From Octopus sinensis (lineage: Eukaryota): a DNA stretch of 64,000 nucleotides. Every line of letters begins with the position of its first letter. Position 1 is the stretch's first letter. Shown piece after piece: positions 38,682-51,511 of this stretch. The position numbers and the translations under genes were made by a program. The notes below the pieces were generated by a model. It made no database searches. It saw nothing but the letters and a program-made list of their open reading frames with translations, and had not been told where the DNA came from. Location: contig NC_043014.1 of NCBI RefSeq assembly GCF_006345805.1, forward strand, positions 19,902,001-19,966,000, in the 5' to 3' direction.

Positions 38682-38859
38682 ATAGAATATATATTTCCTA
38701 ATTTACTTAATCTATCAATAATATCCAATCCATCAACATGTAACTCTTTCTTATTGTACTCTAGTCCTGATGAGATTCTGCCCAATATTATTCAAAATAC
38801 TAATTTATTCTAATCTTTGGTTTTACTCCAACCGATGCATTTATAATTGTATATTGGAC

Positions 38860-39107
38860 TGAATTGAAATGTTCGTAGGTTTTATTTTGGTAGGGTGTTA
38901 ATAAATTAATCTTGTGTATCGTTGTAGATTTTTTTCCTCTGTATTCCCTTCCGGGGATCTTTTCTTTTCCTAGCTTCTGACGAAGAGCTCCGCTCGAAAC
39001 GTTTAATCCCCCTTCTTTCATTTCCTGAGCGCCCAATAAAACTATACTTGTTCCACATCCTCGCGTTGTGTTTTCTCTTTGTGTTTTCATGTTTGGATTA
39101 ACTTTAT
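38860..39107 (+). mobile_element. Penelope-type terminal repeat with intact hammerhead core
   Basis: CTGACGA-A-GAGC(tcc)GCTC-GAAACGTT at 38977-39003; downstream TTCCTGAGCGCC shared with 11100. Confidence 0.6.
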
Positions 39108-39479
39108 ATATATATATATATATGGTTTAATTGCACAGAAAGCAAAAGACAAAGACAGGTGAAGTAACAACAATCAGGTGCATTACATTGAAGCTTGAGA
39201 AGAAGGGAAAAGTATTTGACGTTTCTAGCCTACGCTACTCGACAGAAAAAGTTGAGAGCAGAAAAATGGAGAAAGAGAGAGAGAGAGAAAACAGAGTGAG
39301 AAAATATATATCAGGATTAATGCTGTAATATGATATACATAAATGCGTTTGTGCGTGTATGTGTGTGTTTGTGTGTGTGTGTGCATGTGTGTGTGTGCAT
39401 GAATTTGCGTGTGTTTGCATTACATGTGAATTTATATAAAGATCATCGGACAAATGAACGTGTGTAAGAACAAATAGGT

Positions 39480-39720
39480 GAAAGATGACAACCGTAAACA
39501 TTGTGGAAAAAGCAAAAGCTCATGTATTATGGTCATGTTTGAAGCAAAGCCGTTGAAAACATTATTATGAAAGGAAGAAAGGAAGGCAGTATATCAGAAG
39601 GCTGCGATAGAACGCAATGAACGGAAAATATCACGAGCTGGTTGGACAAATATGGCGATAATCGGGAAGACAATTGTTATAGGGTCAACAATGTGCTGCA
39701 GGTGTATAATACATGATGAC
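39480..39720 (+). pseudogene. RTE-type LINE 3' coding remnant
   Basis: QKLMYYGHV and TENITSW, matching the RTE C-terminal KL.YFGHV...W.DNI..W pattern. Confidence 0.55.
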
Positions 39721-39726
39721 TATATA

Positions 39727-39933
39727 TAGGAAGAGGTACAGAAAAAGTTTCTGGCTTTAAAGATCTCACGAAAGACCTGTTTGGAGTCCCCACTTTCTGA
39801 GTTCGACAGCAGCAATAAGTTTGTGAATATGTGCATCTGAGAGGGAAAATATGTTCAACATAATCATAATTAACTGAATCCTCCGGTATTTTCTTTTACT
39901 CAAAGACAGGAACTTTTGTCAGCATCCCTTGTA
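39727..39933. mobile_element. Mariner-type MITE
   Basis: Left GAAAAAGTTTCTGGCTTT versus right AAAGACAGGAACTTTTG...CCCTTGTA imperfect TIRs. Confidence 0.5.
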
Positions 39934-40019
39934 TACACACAAAGACACCCACACGCAAGAACAAACGCACCTACTCACACACACACACACACCACCACAC
40001 ACACCACACCACATCACAT

Positions 40020-40099
<80 letters not shown>

Positions 40100-40781
40100 T
40101 ATCTATGTTCCCTTATTCACTTACATAAATTTAGATATTTATATGTGTCTGAGAGTGTACGTCTGTGTATCTGTATACAGAGTGAAAGAGCGAGAGAGAA
40201 TCACATATCGAGAGCAAAAATATTAATGTCAGCGCAATGGTTGCTGTTCTATATTCTCATATATGAACCTATCATAACAAATATTCCAGCCGTGACGATA
40301 ATTTGGCAGAGCATGTTATCCAACATGTTCTTTCAGCTTCTATTTTTTTTTTTTGCAGCGAACAGTATGTAATTTAAATGAGACTTGCTACTATTTCACG
40401 TTGGATAAACCAAACGATAGAACCTTCTTTCCTGGCACCTTAAAGTCGAAGTATTACAAATAGCGAGGAATGTAATGAAAAATTCTAAAAATTAGATAAG
40501 CACGGAATACACAAGGAAAAATCAATTTATGCAACAATTGTTGGTGCGTTTACGTGTATGTATGTGTATGAGATGCGCGTGTGTTCTATATTTGCCAAGA
40601 AAAAATTTCATCACCGCCACCAAATATCAACGAATAACCCAATAACCAACCCTACCAACACTCACATGGAAAAAAATCAATTGTCTGATGTATCGATTTT
40701 GTCCCTATGTTATTGTTTTGGTTATTTATATATGTATCGACAAATATACACATATATGTGTGTATATTCACTGAAATGTAC

Positions 40782-40828
<47 letters not shown>

Positions 40829-41081
40829 GTGTGTGTGTGTGTGTGCGTGTGTGTACATATATACAGATACATACATACATAGATATATCCATGTATACGT
40901 ATGCATGTAAACACCTACATTGTATGGATGTGTGCATTTTTACATATGAATCTATCTATCTATCCATCGAAATATAATGTATTATATATATATATATATA
41001 TTATATATATATATAAATACATACATACATACATACAAACATGCATACATACATACATACATACATACATACATACACACA

Positions 41082-41120
<39 letters not shown>

Positions 41121-41154
41121 GATGTATTATATATATATTATATATTATATATAT

Positions 41155-41209
<55 letters not shown>

Positions 41210-42008
41210 ATATACACCTAGCGTTTGTTAATATATGGGAAAATCTCGGTGTCCCATTTATTGATTTTAAAACCTAGTTTGAATATTCCACTACAACCAT
41301 TTACATTAACGTTAGTATGTGGTCTTTTTTGCTCGTTTTGTTTTCTTTAAGTTTGTTACTAATATTTTTGATGTTTTATGAGGTCGTTGTTGCTTTAATA
41401 TTTGTGGGATTTTTTCTTTAGTGTCTTATTTTTCTCTTTCGTTTTGTGTTTGTCTTTCATTGTGTTGTTGTCATTTTTTACATTTCGCTTGATTTAAATG
41501 ATTTTAGCAAATCTCATTCTTTCATCGGAATCACTTATATACATGCATTTACAGCATTACATATGTGTACGGTCAGAAATACACACTTACCCTAACACAA
41601 ATTGCCACACACATAACATCCTGTTTATGTGTGTGTGCGAGTGTTTGTGTGTAGGTATGTACGTATATATGCATGCATGAAAGTATGGATATATATACAT
41701 ACATGTATGTATGTATGTATATATGTGTAGATGTTTGTGTATGTGTTGGATATATGTATTTATGTTGCCAGTTGTTCTTATATAACTATACACACACATG
41801 CATTTATACATACATACACATACACACACACACGTATGTATACGGTGTTGAACTGAATAGTTCAGTTCTTATTAAAAAATCCATTATAAATATGAATTGT
41901 GAGATTTCAGCAGAAGTTACAAAATATGAATGAAACAGTGAATAAATAATCTAGAGAAAGATATTTGTCGGGAGAGAAAAAAATAATTCACAAAGTTCAT
42001 TTTCTCAC

Positions 42009-42096
42009 CCACGATGAATTTTCTCAATATTTCCCGCCAACTCTGCTTCATCAAACAATAGTTGGGTTCGATCAAAACTTTTGCAGCTCATGTTAT
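42009..42096 (-). CDS. Candidate coding exon (NMSCKSFDRTQLLFDEAELAGNIEKIHR)
   Basis: Acceptor aatgtattttcaaag|AT, donor TGG|GTGAGA; 88 bp, phase 1 to 2. Confidence 0.5.
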
Positions 42097-42255
42097 CTTT
42101 GAAAATACATTACTGTCTGTTTTTATTGTGTGGAAAAAATTGTATTTCTCTTTTTTTGTCCTCAGTAAAGAACAACAATAAGAACAGATGAAGAACGTAA
42201 ATTACAGGAGGGAAAAAAATACAGTGGCCCATTTGTGTCCACTATATGTCTGTGT

Positions 42256-42472
42256 GGAGGCGCGTAGCTTAGTGGTTAGGGTGTCAGTATCATGATTGTA
42301 AGATTGTGGTTTCGATTCCTGGACCGGGCGACGCATTGTGTTCTTGAGCAAAACACTTCATTTGCTGCGATGAACTGGTATCCCGTCCAGCTACGGAACA
42401 CATACGCCATAGAAACCGGGAAACAGGGCCCATAAGCCTGGCTAGGCTTTAAAAGGGCGCGTTTATTTATTT
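42256..42472 (+). mobile_element. tRNA-derived SINE family C (V-domain-like), internally deleted
   Basis: GGAGGCGCGTAGCTTAGTGGTTAGG A box, GGTTTCGATTCC B box, CTGCGATGAACTGGTATCCCGTCCAG V-like core, TTTA tail; head-only copy at ~23315-23385. Confidence 0.8.
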
Positions 42473-42621
42473 GTATTATATATCTATGTATGTGTATGTG
42501 CCTCTGTGTGTGTTGGTGTCTTAAGCGTTGATGACGAGATCTTTGTATGTGTTTGTTTGTGTGTGTGCATGTTTTTATGTGTGTGTGTTTTTTTTTGTGC
42601 GTGATCATACATATATGTATG

Positions 42622-42655
<34 letters not shown>

Positions 42656-42669
42656 ATATATGCTGTTTC

Positions 42670-44183
42670 AATTTATTAACGACGTAACATTTTTAAAAAT
42701 CTTATTTTAAAAATACTCTTTCGAATTCAACGAAATTTTAACAGATTGATGGCAACTGTTGTATGTGCGTGGTGGATAAAAAACGTGAGGTTTTGCGCAA
42801 GACTGAACAAACCGAGGCAGTTTGCATTATTTCCACGAACTTACAGAGTTTCAAATTACTAATGAATGACCTCGTGTAATTGTGGGTCGTAAATATGACT
42901 TAGCTGCTTTAGAGAATTCTGTTATTCCTTCTGAACTTGCAAAAATTAAACCAACATCAGAAATATATAAAATAACTGGAAGATATCACCAAAACTGTGC
43001 AAAAAAAACTAAGGCTCTTACGAAGATACGTAAGAGGGCAGACAAGGGTCAACCGAGGGTTGTTTCTCAACATTCTGTCAGGAATTAGTCATGAAACTTT
43101 AAAGGACACAAGTCTGATAATTGGAAATTTTTTCAAGCGCTTCTGGCAAAAGCTGTGCCCAAAACTATTCGATGTCGTCTTCCAGTGACATCATTCTCAA
43201 GGACTCCTTGAAACAAAATACACGTAGAAAATCGTCGGAAATGGGTAGAAAATAACATGAAAGTCGACGTTTCAAAAATTTTGTTTACGGACGAAACTGG
43301 TACTACCCTTGATAGAGCTGATGGTTGGGGCAAGGGATGGGTTTCAAATTAACAAAATCGCCAACAAGGGGGAAGAGGCATCAGAATTTGGGCATGTATT
43401 ATTGGCGGTATTATGGTTGGTGCTTGGAAAGTGCTTGATCGTGTTAAAATGATTCTAGATGCTTCTGTACCGTTTCAGAAGAATCACCTTGGTTAAAAAA
43501 ACCAAAGGATCAAGACAACCATAATATTCATGCAAGATACTGCGCCCACGCACTCATCGCAGAAAACTACAAAGTATCTGCAACAATTAGTCTTTTGTGG
43601 ACCTAGGAAGATAAAGTGGGCTTCCTGTTCCCCCGATCTGAACCCAGAAGAAAACTTACGGAGTATTCTAAAACGACGAGTTTACGAGAATGGCTGCCAG
43701 TTTAGGAGCAAAAATGAACAGTGGCTGGCAATAGTGGATGTATCTCGTGGTATAACATCAGAGGAGATCCAGGAATTAGCATGTTCCATGGTCTAGCGGC
43801 GTTCTCTAATCTATTTCTAACTATGGCTCATCTATCCCTTACTAACCAACTCACCTATCATTTTTGAACGCTGTTTATGTATATATATTTCTCTTTGTTT
43901 CATGTTTATGATTCTGTTTTTATTTCAGTATGTACATCAAACAATTAAATAGCTATATTCATCTTTCGATGAGTTTTAATTACACCTCTCTAATAATTTG
44001 AACCAGTGAAAGTTTACATAAATTTGGTAAATGGCCGTCATTTCTGTGTTGCTTTACGGAACCTCAGATTCTTTACACACTACACATATATAACCGTTGC
44101 CATCATTCTGTGGAAAATTTCGTTGAATTCCAACGTGTAGTTTTAAAATATAATAACAAAAAATATTGCGTCGCTAATGATTT
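42670..44183 (+). mobile_element. Tc1-like DNA transposon, DD37E transposase pseudogene with long TIRs
   Basis: LFTDE (D 43290), MQD (D 43536), SPDLNPEE (E 43650), with 37 residues between D2 and E; imperfect TIRs of at least 100 bp, e.g. GAATTCAACGAAATTTT / AAAATTTCGTTGAATTC; frameshifts and stops. Confidence 0.9.
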
Positions 44184-44224
44184 AGATAGATAGGTTGTTA
44201 GCTGGATGAATATATGCATTCGTC

Positions 44225-44495
44225 TATGTAAAAGAAGCCCATTGTATACATGTTTATATATGTGGGTGTGCCGGGGTTTGTCTGCCTGTCTGTGTGTGCC
44301 CCCCCCCCCGCATCATCATTTCACGAACAGTGTTGTATGTGTGCGTCCTCGTAACTTAGCGGTTCAGTAAATCAGACCAATAGAATAACTACCAGGCTTA
44401 GAAAACAAATTAATGGGTTTGATACTTTCGACTACAAATTCAAGGCAGTGCCACAGTATGGCTGCAGTCTAATGACTGAAACTAGTAACAAGTAG
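44225..44495 (+). mobile_element. SINE family A, partial and degenerate
   Basis: AAAGAAGCCC...CGTAACTTAGCGGTTC...GGCTGCAGTCTAATGACTGAAAC. Confidence 0.7.
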
Positions 44496-44503
44496 ATGAT
44501 GTG

Positions 44504-44534
<31 letters not shown>

Positions 44535-44613
44535 CTGTGTCTGTGTGTGTGTGTGTGTGTCTGTGTCTGTGTTTGTCCTTGTAACATTGCTGGGGCGTTT
44601 ACGTCTCCGTAAC

Positions 44614-44681
<68 letters not shown>

Positions 44682-45137
44682 CGACGGGGTTTTTAAAAAA
44701 TATAATTCAGGGAAGGCTTTTTTCTGATAATATTTACATAGTCTATATTGGTCAGTTTATGTCACATAACAACTTTAGCTCCTTAAGGTGACCAATTCCT
44801 TCTATATATGTTCCGCGTCGTTGGGCAGGCAGGATGTTGGCGTTAGTAGACGGTGTTTTGTTTGAAATAACATTTGAAGGGAGTCGTTTGGCGGTGTCAG
44901 GTGACGTACTGGCCTATAAGTGCAACATAGCTGTGTGCTGTAAATATAGTTGGGTGATAACACGCTGCGGTGATAATCAACTGGTGGGGGGATAATCTTA
45001 TTGTGAGCAGCAAGTATATAATGTGCAATTGTGTGTAGGCCAGCATAATCTATGGTGGTAGTTTTGAGTTATCATTAGCTAGCGATTTGACATCACTTCA
45101 CAGGCCATATCTATTTAACGATCTATGTGTGCTCGTG

Positions 45138-45168
<31 letters not shown>

Positions 45169-45329
45169 CTGTGTGTGTATGTGTGTGTGCGTGCGTGCGT
45201 GTGTGTGTGTGTTCCTGTCCGTTCTATATTTGTTGCAACATTGAGATCTGATTATCTTTTCTATTGCTGAACCGCCTTTTTCTTTTGCCATTAACACTAA
45301 TGGCTTTCCATTAAACATAGTCCCACTGC

Positions 45330-46110
45330 ATCATCTTCATCACTATAAATTTCCTCGCTCATAAGGAGGCCTCTGGATAAGGAACTGCATCAGAACTCTC
45401 ACAGTCCCAACCCAGTACTCTCTAATTTCCACCAGATTCACTGCTAGCCATCAGTCTCTATCACTGGGCCACTTGTTTCCAATCAATCTCATACTCACAT
45501 TTCATCTCATCATAGATAGTTACTTTTACCTAATTCTCCTATTGCCAAATATTTCGGTCTCGAATCCCCCTCAAAGAATCCTATCTTTTTCATCTTACTC
45601 TTACTCATTTCGTCCATCGACCTTTACTATTGTTCACCTGATATTTTCGATAAATCCGTTCTCAACTCTTGCCAAAATAACTTTATATTTTCTGTTGTGT
45701 CTGGGGAGAGTCATTCTCTGTTAGTACTTTATAATTTAACAGTTCTATTCTTACTCCTTCTCTCAATCTATTGAACAAATTTTTAATTCCCTTCTCGCTT
45801 ACTTGAATAGCTGTACATGTTCTGGGTTATTCAGTACATTCTACATTTTATATTTACAGTTTCAGTACCCGCTTCTCAGTCACCCATTTCTAGCCTTTCT
45901 GTACCCCTTCTCTGGTTACGTCATAGGTTTCTCAGTACTCTCTCTTTGTACTGTGCACAAGGTACCCCTCCACGATTGAGCTCTTTCAGCCACGCTTCTC
46001 CACATTTACTGGGATGCCCTATAACCTCTCTAGTGAAGATGACATGAAATATGGATCCAGGGTATATTGTAATGAGGAGTTCAGCCCCTCAGTTCTGTCA
46101 GTCTAGTGTT
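45330..46110 (-). pseudogene. Very degenerate non-LTR retrotransposon remnant (RTE-like 3' region?)
   Basis: Purine-rich minus strand with an RSMDEMSKSKMKKIG segment loosely resembling RW.D.V..DM...G; multiple stops. Confidence 0.25.
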
Positions 46111-46239
46111 CATATCACAAGGAAACAGGTTCAATACACACTGTGAAAAGGTTGACGCTACGAATGGCTTCCAATCGTGGAAACCAAGTCAAACGATATA
46201 TACGAGCACCAGTCAATGGAAGTTACTGTTCCCAATAAG

Positions 46240-46275
<36 letters not shown>

Positions 46276-46317
46276 AGAGAGAGAGAGAGAGGGGGCAGAT
46301 AGAGAGGGATTAAAGAC

Positions 46318-46645
46318 CCTCTTCGGTCATGAATGACCGTGGGATTGCAACTAGAAAGTTACCCACTTCGGCTCAAGTCCGGGCAAGGTCGTTTATGGAA
46401 GATCAGCAGTCGCCTAAGCATAGCAACTGCCCATCTCCATGCTACCAATGTTACCCAAAGGAAAGGCAAAGGGTTGTACAGTTTGGCACGAGTGACGTCG
46501 CATCTCATTTCTACATTTGAGTAAACTGTAGCAACGTAAAATAAACTGTTTTGCTCAATATCACAACACTGCGCGGTGCGAGAATCAAACTCACTACATC
46601 ATGATTTTGAGCCCGACGCTCGAACCACTGAGCTATGTGCCTTCA
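46318..46645 (-). mobile_element. tRNA-derived SINE family D
   Basis: Minus strand GAAGGCACATAGCTCAGTGGTTCGAGCG A box, GAGTTTGATTC B box, GTTGCTACAGTTTACTCAAATGTAGAAATGAG body, tail GTCATTCATGACCGAAG. Confidence 0.75.
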
Positions 46646-47159
46646 CACACACATATACACACGTATATATATGATTATATGAATGTATTATGTATGTATA
46701 TACGAATCTATGTTAGCATACATACATTGCACGTACCACATTACTTTCTCTAAAGTCGAATGTAGCATATGAGAACAAATATGGTAAGACCATTATGGTT
46801 TATTCATTATTCAATCATATTTACATGAGATTCTCTAATATAATGAAATGATGGAAAATGACAAACAGAAAATATAAAACCTCAACAGAAGTCTGTTGTC
46901 TGTCGATATCACTGGGGAGCACATCCTATTATAGGAAAATATATGTTTTTCAATTTCTACTGAATCCGTCTATAGCTTCCTTGATGAATCTTGCAGACAC
47001 CATTACGCTAAACGCTGTCTCTTTCTCTCTTCTTCAAACCGCTGCCGATAATAACTCTGTAGTCTCGAGACAGTCGTCCTTCTACTGCTCCTCTTCTTCC
47101 TTGCCTTCTTTGATAGTGTTTATTATTGACTCAAATGCATGGTGTGAAAGACGTTCATA

Positions 47160-47167
47160 CAACTACG

Positions 47168-47202
<35 letters not shown>

Positions 47203-47203
47203 A

Positions 47204-47240
<37 letters not shown>

Positions 47241-47275
47241 ATAATAATAATAATAATAATAATAATAGTAGTAGT

Positions 47276-47325
<50 letters not shown>

Positions 47326-47330
47326 TAGTA

Positions 47331-47399
<69 letters not shown>

Positions 47400-47426
47400 T
47401 AATAATAATAACAATAATAATAATAA
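47160..47426. repeat. Compound trinucleotide microsatellite (ACT)n-(AAT)n-(AGC)n-(AGT)n-(AAT)n
   Basis: Directly visible. Confidence 0.95.
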
Positions 47427-50390
47427 GAGAACACCGGGGACGTTTAAGATGTAAGAAGGAAAATTCAGAGCTCCGAAATCTATCCACAAACATCGAAAAC
47501 AAGGACATCCTATGGAGCCAAAGTTTTACTAACAAAGAATTGCACTGTATCCGAGTAAGTAATACTAATTGAAATTTATTGCTATTTTCGAAACGAAATG
47601 ATGTATTTTGACTCGATATCATCTCCGCCTCTAACGCAACACATGTAAACATGCGTGGAACATCACGATCATCTCCGACCCCAAACACCATGTACAAAGG
47701 AACTACGAAGAAATTAAATGCCACCGATACTATTCAACCCAAGAATAACAATCGAGCGGTACGTACATTAAACTTACAACAAAAAATGTACGAAAAACTA
47801 CACGTGCGAAATAATGTGACAACAGAAATAAACGGACCGGTACCCTACGAAAATGACGACCGTCAAAATAATGGGCCGGACGTTGTACCTCATGTCCCGC
47901 AAATAAAACCCCAAAAACGTAAATGGACACGTGAGGAATGTATTTCTATCTTACACGCATACTTCACAGCAGTACTCTACCCAAAAAATGAAAATACAAC
48001 AACACATACATATAAAATATGGAAGGAAAATAATAGAGATATAGACTTGGATACAACAATGAACCCTAATAAATTAGCTAACGTACGAAGATACATTCTC
48101 AACACAAAAAAATATCAGAAATAGAAATAGAACACCTAAAAGAAAACATACACCAGGAAAATGTAGATAGAAGCCACACAACAATGCCCAATAATATAAA
48201 CACTGAAACTGTAAAACACGAAGACAAACGCAACATTCCCAACAAACACGATGTAAACAACGAAGGGGAGCCTAATGATTATGATAATATAAAAAGTAAA
48301 ATAATCAAAGAACTGAAAACCACAGAGCTCAAAATGGACCACCGACCATACCTCCCAAGAATCAAAATAAACAAAATAACAACACCTATTATAAACAGCA
48401 TAAACCTAGCCGTCCCTGAACTGATAGCCACTGAATAAAAAAAAAGTGATATCACTGAGCTAAATAACCTAATATACGCAGCAGCCACTGCAGCCACAAA
48501 AGAAGCTGGATACTCACCCAAACCCGCCCAAACAGGAGTACCACCACCCAAACAAACCCTGTGGATAAAGAACATCCAAAGCAAAATAAAAAAAATTAGA
48601 AAAGACCTGTCGATTCTTAATGAAATCAGCAAACAATCAACGCTACTGAGCAACAAAAAGAGAACAAAAATACTCCGCAAATATAACATCACAGAGAAAG
48701 ATTTGCCAGAAATAAAAGAAAAGCTGAAGCAAGATATCCTTGCCAAAGCACAAAGGATATCGCTGCAAATGACAAACAGCTGGAAACACTATTAAAGACA
48801 GTTCATGGATTTACCAAAGAAATAGATATGAAATTTGGATTAGAAAAATGCGCCAAAGTAACCCTGAAAAGAGGAAAACTAGTTAAGAGTAACAACATCA
48901 CACTAGATAAAACCAATGAAATAAAAGAATTAGACCAAAGCCAAACTTACAAATACTTAGGAATCCATGAACTAGATAAGACACAACACACACAAATGAA
49001 AGAGAAAATAAAAAAAGAATGTTATAGACGAGTTAGATCAATACTAAAAACAGAGCTCAATGCTAAAAACAAGATAATAGGTATCAACACTTTAGCTGTC
49101 CCAGTTATAAGTTACAGCTACAATATCCTTAACTGGACACGAAATGAACTGACCAAAATAGATAGGAAAACAAGAAAAATAATGACAGGATCTAGGATGC
49201 ATCACCCAAAATCTGACATAGAAAGACTATATATACAACGTATAGAAGGTGGTAGAGGCGTTATACAGCTGGAAAACTACTATAAAATAACCACCATAGG
49301 ACTGCAAAAATATCTACTTCAGAAGGAAGGAAAACTGATCCAGATAGCGGCAAAACACGAGCAAAACAAAAAACTGTTCTCAGTATTTAAGGAAGCTGAC
49401 AAATACAAACAAGAAATCATACCACCTAATAAACATGAAGAAGAAGAAGAAGATGAAGAAACAACAAAAGCTATAAAACAAATGAAATCCAAACTAAAAA
49501 TAGAACAGCAACGAACCATGATAAAACGATGGCAAGAAAAGCCCCTTCATGGTAAATACTGCACTAAACTAAACGCAAAAGAAATAGACAAAGAAAAATC
49601 CCAGCAATGGTTGAGAAGCTCAGGACTTAAAGCAGAAACAGAGGGATTTTTAATTGCAGCACAAGACCAAAGCCTCCCCACCAGAAATTACCAAAAACAT
49701 GTAATGAAAAGAAATATTACAAGTAACTGCAGAATATGTGGAGATGGACAAGAAACAATAAATCATATTATCTCTAGCTGCCCAGTCTGGCTAAGAAGGA
49801 ATATATTCACAGACATGACAGAGTTGGAACCTACATACATTGGAAGCTATGCCAACATTATGGAATAACAACAGAAAAAAGATGGTATAGGCACACACCA
49901 GAAAAGGTCACAGAAAACGAGAAAGCAACCATACTCTGGGATATGCCGATACACACAGATAGAGAAATTAAGGCCAACAGACCAGATATAGTTGTCAGAG
50001 ATCATGAAGAAAAAAATGCTTTCTAATTGATGTATCAATACCGGCAGATGACAACGTTTTTTCTAAAAGAAATGGAGAAACTCTCAAAATACAAAGACCT
50101 GGAAATAGAGGTAACTAGAATGTGGAATCTGAAAACAGAAACAATTCCTATCATAGTAGGTGCATTAGGCATGATAAAAAAATATTCAGACAAATACATA
50201 ACAAAAACACCAGGACTTACAAACACATATAACATACAGAAAATTGCACTACTAGGCACTGCACACATCCTACGCAGAACACTTTCCATACAATAACCAT
50301 CAGAGCCTCACAACAAATCACAGCACACACCCAAGGCACACAGAGCTGTGCTCGGTAGTGAAGTGAAAGCACGCTATAAAGATAAAACTA

Positions 50391-50393
<3 letters not shown>
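47427..50393 (+). mobile_element. Dong/R4-clade RLE non-LTR retrotransposon with internal RT deletion
   Basis: ORF pieces KRKWTREEC; MKFGLEKC...YKYLG; LYIQRIEGGRG; CRICG...ETINHIISSC (zinc-knuckle-like); NRPDIVV...IDVSIP...KYKDL (PD-D/ExK RLE); flanked on both sides by (AAT)n; the N-terminal region is fused directly to post-YxDD RT at ~48760. Confidence 0.92.
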
Positions 50394-50480
<87 letters not shown>

Positions 50481-50483
<3 letters not shown>

Positions 50484-51036
50484 GCCCTGATACAGTACCA
50501 GGCAGTGGCTCTCATGGCTTCTGATCTTAACTGATTAGAAGTGTTATCATGTACATTGTTTTGTCTTGGTATAAAAGATGGGCTACAGCAAATATTCTGC
50601 TCAGTACCACAGATTTGCTTGTCAGTTGTCTGACCTTAACCAGTTGAGCATGTCCCTTAGTGGCTGACGATATGTCCATCTCTGATCACGAGCAGAAGTA
50701 GTGGGGGAGCATCATAGCAATGTGTTGAGAGGGATTCTTTGGGGTTTGAATAGTTCACCTCTGGAAACATGGGTGGTTCTTTCAACATCCTTAAACAACC
50801 CTTATTCAGGGACCGTTTGAGCGGGATCGCTACTCAACCTGAAGAAAATTCTAACTGGGCCCCACCTGCAAGGGCATGTGCTGTTTATCTTGATATGAGA
50901 TCACCATGTCGTGCACATATGGTTGTAATGCATGTGCCTGGTGTACCTTTATCAGACAGGTAGTCATGATGGGTATATTGGGCTTCGTATATTTTACCCC
51001 AGTGTCACTTTGATGGCATGAACTGCTCTCTCACTC
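50481..51036. mobile_element. ~560-bp non-coding interspersed element, copy 1
   Basis: Reverse complement of 52158-52714; both ends embedded in (AAT)n. Confidence 0.9.
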
Positions 51037-51047
51037 AATGATAATAC

Positions 51048-51107
<60 letters not shown>

Positions 51108-51124
51108 TAATAATAATAATAATA

Positions 51125-51433
51125 GAACTCCTGGAGTCTTGCATGCTTAGCGAGCTTGCTGCCTACAGCCTGCGGGACCGTGCTATCTGTTCTTTTCAAC
51201 TATCTAATATTTTCTTGATTATTCTGGACACGCCAAGGAGGTAAACTTTTTGTAATATTTCTACTGGGTACTCTATTCCGATTTCATTTATATTCCTCTT
51301 GATACCTTCTGATACTGTCTCCAAGGATCCAACAATACTTGCCACTATCTTCGCCAACTTCATTTTCCATAGCCAGTCTATTTCGTACTTAAGAGGGTTG
51401 TCTCAATCTAGTTTTTCGCTTGCCTTCTTGGAC
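51125..51433 (-). mobile_element. 5'-truncated Dong/R4-like LINE 3' end, distinct subfamily
   Basis: LKYEIDWLWKMKLAKIVASIVGSLETV...ILQKVYLLGVSRIIKKILDS* parallels the C-terminus of 47427-50393. Confidence 0.75.

Positions 51434-51510
<77 letters not shown>

Positions 51511-51511
<1 letters not shown>

Noticed and set aside
42256-42330. tRNA-like sequences at SINE heads
   Set aside because: A/B boxes continue into SINE bodies with no complete cloverleaf, so these are not tRNA genes
44700-45110. Possible Penelope RT remnant (DVKSL-like)
   Set aside because: Only one short motif; too degenerate to call
46858-47241. 127-aa plus-strand ORF
   Set aside because: Ends in a trinucleotide repeat; the antisense frame has several stops; no family motif
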